64,000 bases of DNA from Camelus dromedarius (lineage: Eukaryota). Both the position numbers and the translations under genes were made by a program. The notes under the pieces were generated by a model. The model saw nothing but the letters and a program-made list of their open reading frames with translations. It ran no database searches and was not told the DNA's origin. Positions within the stretch are counted from its first letter, which is position 1; every line of letters starts with the position of its first letter. The stretch lies in contig NC_087436.1 of assembly GCF_036321535.1 (NCBI RefSeq), positions 68,326,001 to 68,390,000 of the forward strand, given 5' to 3'. Below, one piece after another: positions 63,621-64,000 of the stretch.

Positions 63621-63684
63621 TTAGTTTTACTATTGAAAACAGTTCACATGTAAGCGGACCTGCACAGTTCAAGCCCATGTTGTT
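63621..63684 (-). mobile_element. Second Tigger2-family terminal fragment, TIR tip missing
   Basis: tttactattgaaaacagttcacatgtaagcggacctgcacagttcaagcccatgttgtt. Confidence 0.75.
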
Positions 63685-64000
63685 GGGCTTGAAACTCACA
63701 CATGTTTCCCAGGCTTTTGTTGATAGCAATTCTTTTCATGTGTAAGCCTTTTCCTCTGGATCAGATGTTGTAATGCCCCTGAACTATACTGAGATTGACT
63801 TATGTCAAGGTGATGAGGAATGGCAGGGATGCTGTATGAGGAGCATTGACATGGCCTTTTAAGGTAATCGCCTCAGGAGAGATCATTACAAGTTGTCCAT
63901 TGAAAACAAGACCAGCCTCAGAGGCAGGAAGGAGAGGCTGGACCTGATGGCAAGTGAGGCACAGAGGAGCCTGGATGCTCAGACTACTCACATTCATTCA

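Noticed and set aside
1..64000. CRISPR array, operon or novel multi-gene system
   Set aside because: Mammalian repeat-rich DNA with no regularly spaced repeat-spacer array and no intact long ORFs.

Overview
AT-rich, repeat-dense eutherian genomic DNA, almost certainly camelid (Camelus, Lama or Vicugna). Four copies of the camelid tRNA-derived vic-1-type SINE and camelid/cetartiodactyl-type L1 3' ends support this. The window is intronic or intergenic. I found no identifiable protein-coding exon, RNA gene or CRISPR array; the supplied ORFs are decayed L1/LTR frames or chance ORFs. It holds two long, related, degenerate minus-strand L1s (about 8.5-14.2 kb, and 43.5-50.2 kb with a TSD), many truncated L1 fragments, MaLR/ERVL/ERV1 solo LTRs, hAT and Tigger DNA-transposon fossils, MIR and L2. 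I see no convincing new gene system. The best signals are readable DNA-repair and retrotransposition scars: a perfect 142-bp locally templated insertion, an L1-insertion-mediated ~950-bp deletion shown by comparing the two L1 copies, a twin-primed L1 carrying an inverted ORF1 piece, a microhomology fusion of nested LTRs, and reciprocal CpG decay in three TSD pairs. A repeat-free, CpG-retaining segment with a perfect CArG box at ~29.5-29.9 kb may be a promoter, enhancer or small exon. Repeat subfamily names come from recalled consensus sequences and need RepeatMasker/Dfam confirmation; many boundaries are approximate.
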